NCBI RefSeq assembly: GCF_000142905.1
Contig: NW_013657677.1
Location: 434,001 to 498,000 of the forward strand
Length of the DNA: 64,000 nucleotides
From: Thecamonas trahens ATCC 50062
Taxonomy: Eukaryota > Protista > Apusomonadida
Direction of reading: 5' to 3'
The translations under genes were made by a program, and so were the position numbers. Positions 62,269-64,000 of this stretch are shown here, one piece after another. Within the stretch, counting starts at the first letter, position 1; each line of letters starts with the position of its first letter. Under the pieces are notes generated by a model. That model ran no database searches and was not told the DNA's origin. It saw nothing but the letters and a program-made list of their open reading frames with translations.

Positions 62269-63345
62269 ATGGACAACATGGACGACAAGAGCCTCCTGAG
62301 CGTCGTCGAGGGTGGCGACGTGGACGAGATGAAGAAGCTCATCACACTCATCGACACCTCTGACAGCGGCGATGCCTCGGACGGCAGCGATGGTGGCGGG
62401 GACGGTGAGGACAGCGATGGTCTGTGTTCGACACCAGCTGGCCGTGCTGGGCTCACCGAGGGCACCATCGCGCGGTGGATGGCGATGACTACGGACGAGC
62501 TCAGCGCCGAGACTACAACCATTCTGGCTGCTGTTCGTGAGTCGGGGCTCGCTCAGCTGAGAAGCGTTTTTGGGCACTTGCTCCCGCTCATGTTGCGTTG
62601 CGTTGATGGATCAGCTCCGGCGGTCTACCGCGCAGGCTGGGCGTGCCTTGCGTCGGCGCTGCCGCGGATCTCGCCGACGGCGCTGGCATGGCACGCGCCA
62701 CTGCTGCGCGAAACGCTCGAGCGCGGCCTGGTAGCCGCTGACAAGATGTCGGGCATGCTGGCTCTGGACGCCGCTGCGGCGCTGGTGGCCGGTCTACCGG
62801 CGTCTTCGGACGATGCACTTGACTGGGCGCGAACATTGCATTTGCGGATGATGGCGTCGCTGATGCGGACATCCGAGCCTGCGCTCCGCGCCGCGCAGCT
62901 GCGGGCTTGGGGCGCAGCGCTCACCGCGCTGCCAGCACCCGACGTCGTCGCCACACTCGAGCAGACACTCGCTCTTCTGCAGGGCTGCATCCGTGCCGAC
63001 CAGCCGGCACCGGCATTGGTGGCACTCGACGTCCTCGACAGCATCGTATGGCCGGTGGCCTGGCCGCGCATGACCCGCCACATGGACCGGATCTTTACCA
63101 CTCTTCTCCACGCGTACGTCAGCCACGTTGCCGACGGCGACGACAACGGCGAGGCGGCGCACCTTTGCGCTGCGCTGCACGCGTCTTTTGCCCAGAGTCT
63201 GGCCCGATTTGACGCCATCGACCACGCGGCGACGACGTCGTACACCGCGGACCTGTACGAAATGCTGGTCCGCGATGTCGACGTCGCCACCGAGGCCAGC
63301 GCTCTCGTCGACCTCCTCGCCGAACTCGCATCACCCGATTCGTGA
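62269..63345 (+). CDS. HEAT-repeat protein, TTI2-like
   Basis: Helical repeats with LLPLML..D, G..CL and C-terminal AWPRM, as in Tti2. Confidence 0.5.
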   Translation: MDNMDDKSLLSVVEGGDVDEMKKLITLIDTSDSGDASDGSDGGGDGEDSDGLCSTPAGRAGLTEGTIARWMAMTTDELSAETTTILAAVRESGLAQLRSVFGHLLPLMLRCVDGSAPAVYRAGWACLASALPRISPTALAWHAPLLRETLERGLVAADKMSGMLALDAAAALVAGLPASSDDALDWARTLHLRMMASLMRTSEPALRAAQLRAWGAALTALPAPDVVATLEQTLALLQGCIRADQPAPALVALDVLDSIVWPVAWPRMTRHMDRIFTTLLHAYVSHVADGDDNGEAAHLCAALHASFAQSLARFDAIDHAATTSYTADLYEMLVRDVDVATEASALVDLLAELASPDS

Positions 63346-64000
63346 CACCAGATACGCTAGCGCCGACTCGAAGAGCGCGAGGTAAAAGTCGAGTTGTGGC
63401 GGAAGGCCTGCGGCGCGGCCAAAGGCGACCCATGCCTGCAGCGACGCGCAGCTGCGGACGGGCGCACATACCGCAGCCCTAACCAACAGAGGCACCATAC
63501 CGTCCATGGCCACCACGTCGCATCGACCGGCAGCATGAGCGCTGACGCAGCCTTCAATGGCGGCCACTACCTTCCGAACATGTACTGCGAGCTCGATCGG
63601 TGTCCGCGGCTTGGCCAGCGCGGCCGGAGCTAGCAGCGCCTCAGCCGAGCCGAGCTTGACTCCGTGAAGCGCGGGTGGTGCGTCGAGCGCCACAAGCGTC
63701 AGCTCGTCCGCCAGCATCGGGAGCGACTCGTTGAGCGCTGTGTCCTCAGCGGCATACAGCGTTTGCAGTTCTCCCAGCACCAGGTCGTGGATAGTGCCGA
63801 GCGTGACCGAGACAAGGGCAAGCTCGAGCGATGGCAGCAGTGATGGCATGGCGCGGGCAAAGGCTGCGGCGTGGATCGTGACCAGTGTCGCTACTTTGGC
63901 ACCGGCTGCTAGCTCGCCGCCGCGGACACGGATGACGGCGCCGTCGCTCATCAGCGCCGCAACGGCGTCCATCATGCCTGCCAGCTGAGTTCGCACTTCT
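63331..64000 (-). CDS. VPS9-domain protein, 3' part only
   Basis: RTPIEL...AMDGMVPLLV...FYLALFESALAYL; acidic DD motif is degenerate. Confidence 0.65.
   Translation of the reverse strand, partial: EVRTQLAGMMDAVAALMSDGAVIRVRGGELAAGAKVATLVTIHAAAFARAMPSLLPSLELALVSVTLGTIHDLVLGELQTLYAAEDTALNESLPMLADELTLVALDAPPALHGVKLGSAEALLAPAALAKPRTPIELAVHVRKVVAAIEGCVSAHAAGRCDVVAMDGMVPLLVRAAVCAPVRSCASLQAWVAFGRAAGLPPQLDFYLALFESALAYLVSRIG

Noticed and set aside
1-64000. rRNA, tRNA, snRNA, selenoprotein read-through or alternative genetic code
   Set aside because: No diagnostic RNA motifs were found by eye. TAA, TAG and TGA all end conserved proteins at expected positions, and no in-frame stops interrupt conserved domains.

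Overview
A GC-rich, very gene-dense eukaryotic nuclear contig, not a prokaryotic one. It has spliceosomal GT-AG introns (GTACGY donor, ACTCAC/ACTAAC-type branch site) and eukaryote-specific genes. Composition and gene content suggest a flagellated heterotrophic protist such as an apusomonad (Thecamonas-like); this is inference only. About 27 protein-coding genes are supported: a giant LRR/coiled-coil protein with Sfi1-like motifs, an 8-domain prosaposin-like protein, BORCS6, FAN/NSMAF, C1D, a truncated polycystin-1-like membrane protein, an SNX9-like sorting nexin, a sphingomyelin/IPC synthase, an FAD monooxygenase, two kinases, a MEIOB-like OB-fold protein, a 2OG-Fe(II) oxygenase, MCM5, a pseudokinase-HECT fusion, NDRG, MAPEG, a giant 72-aa-repeat protein, an SDR epimerase, a C2 protein, an acyl-protein thioesterase, a RasGEF, MORN1, CDC26, AOAH, a bacterial-type propeller protein, TTI2-like and VPS9-domain genes. 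An internally deleted piggyBac element (TTAA-CCCT end, transposase C-terminus and Cys-rich domain) lies at about 13.2-14.0 kb and is not evident from the ORF track. Several genes are split by single-base deletions in homopolymers, most likely sequencing errors. There are five N gaps. No rRNA, tRNA or CRISPR array was seen. All family calls come from recalled motifs, not from database searches.
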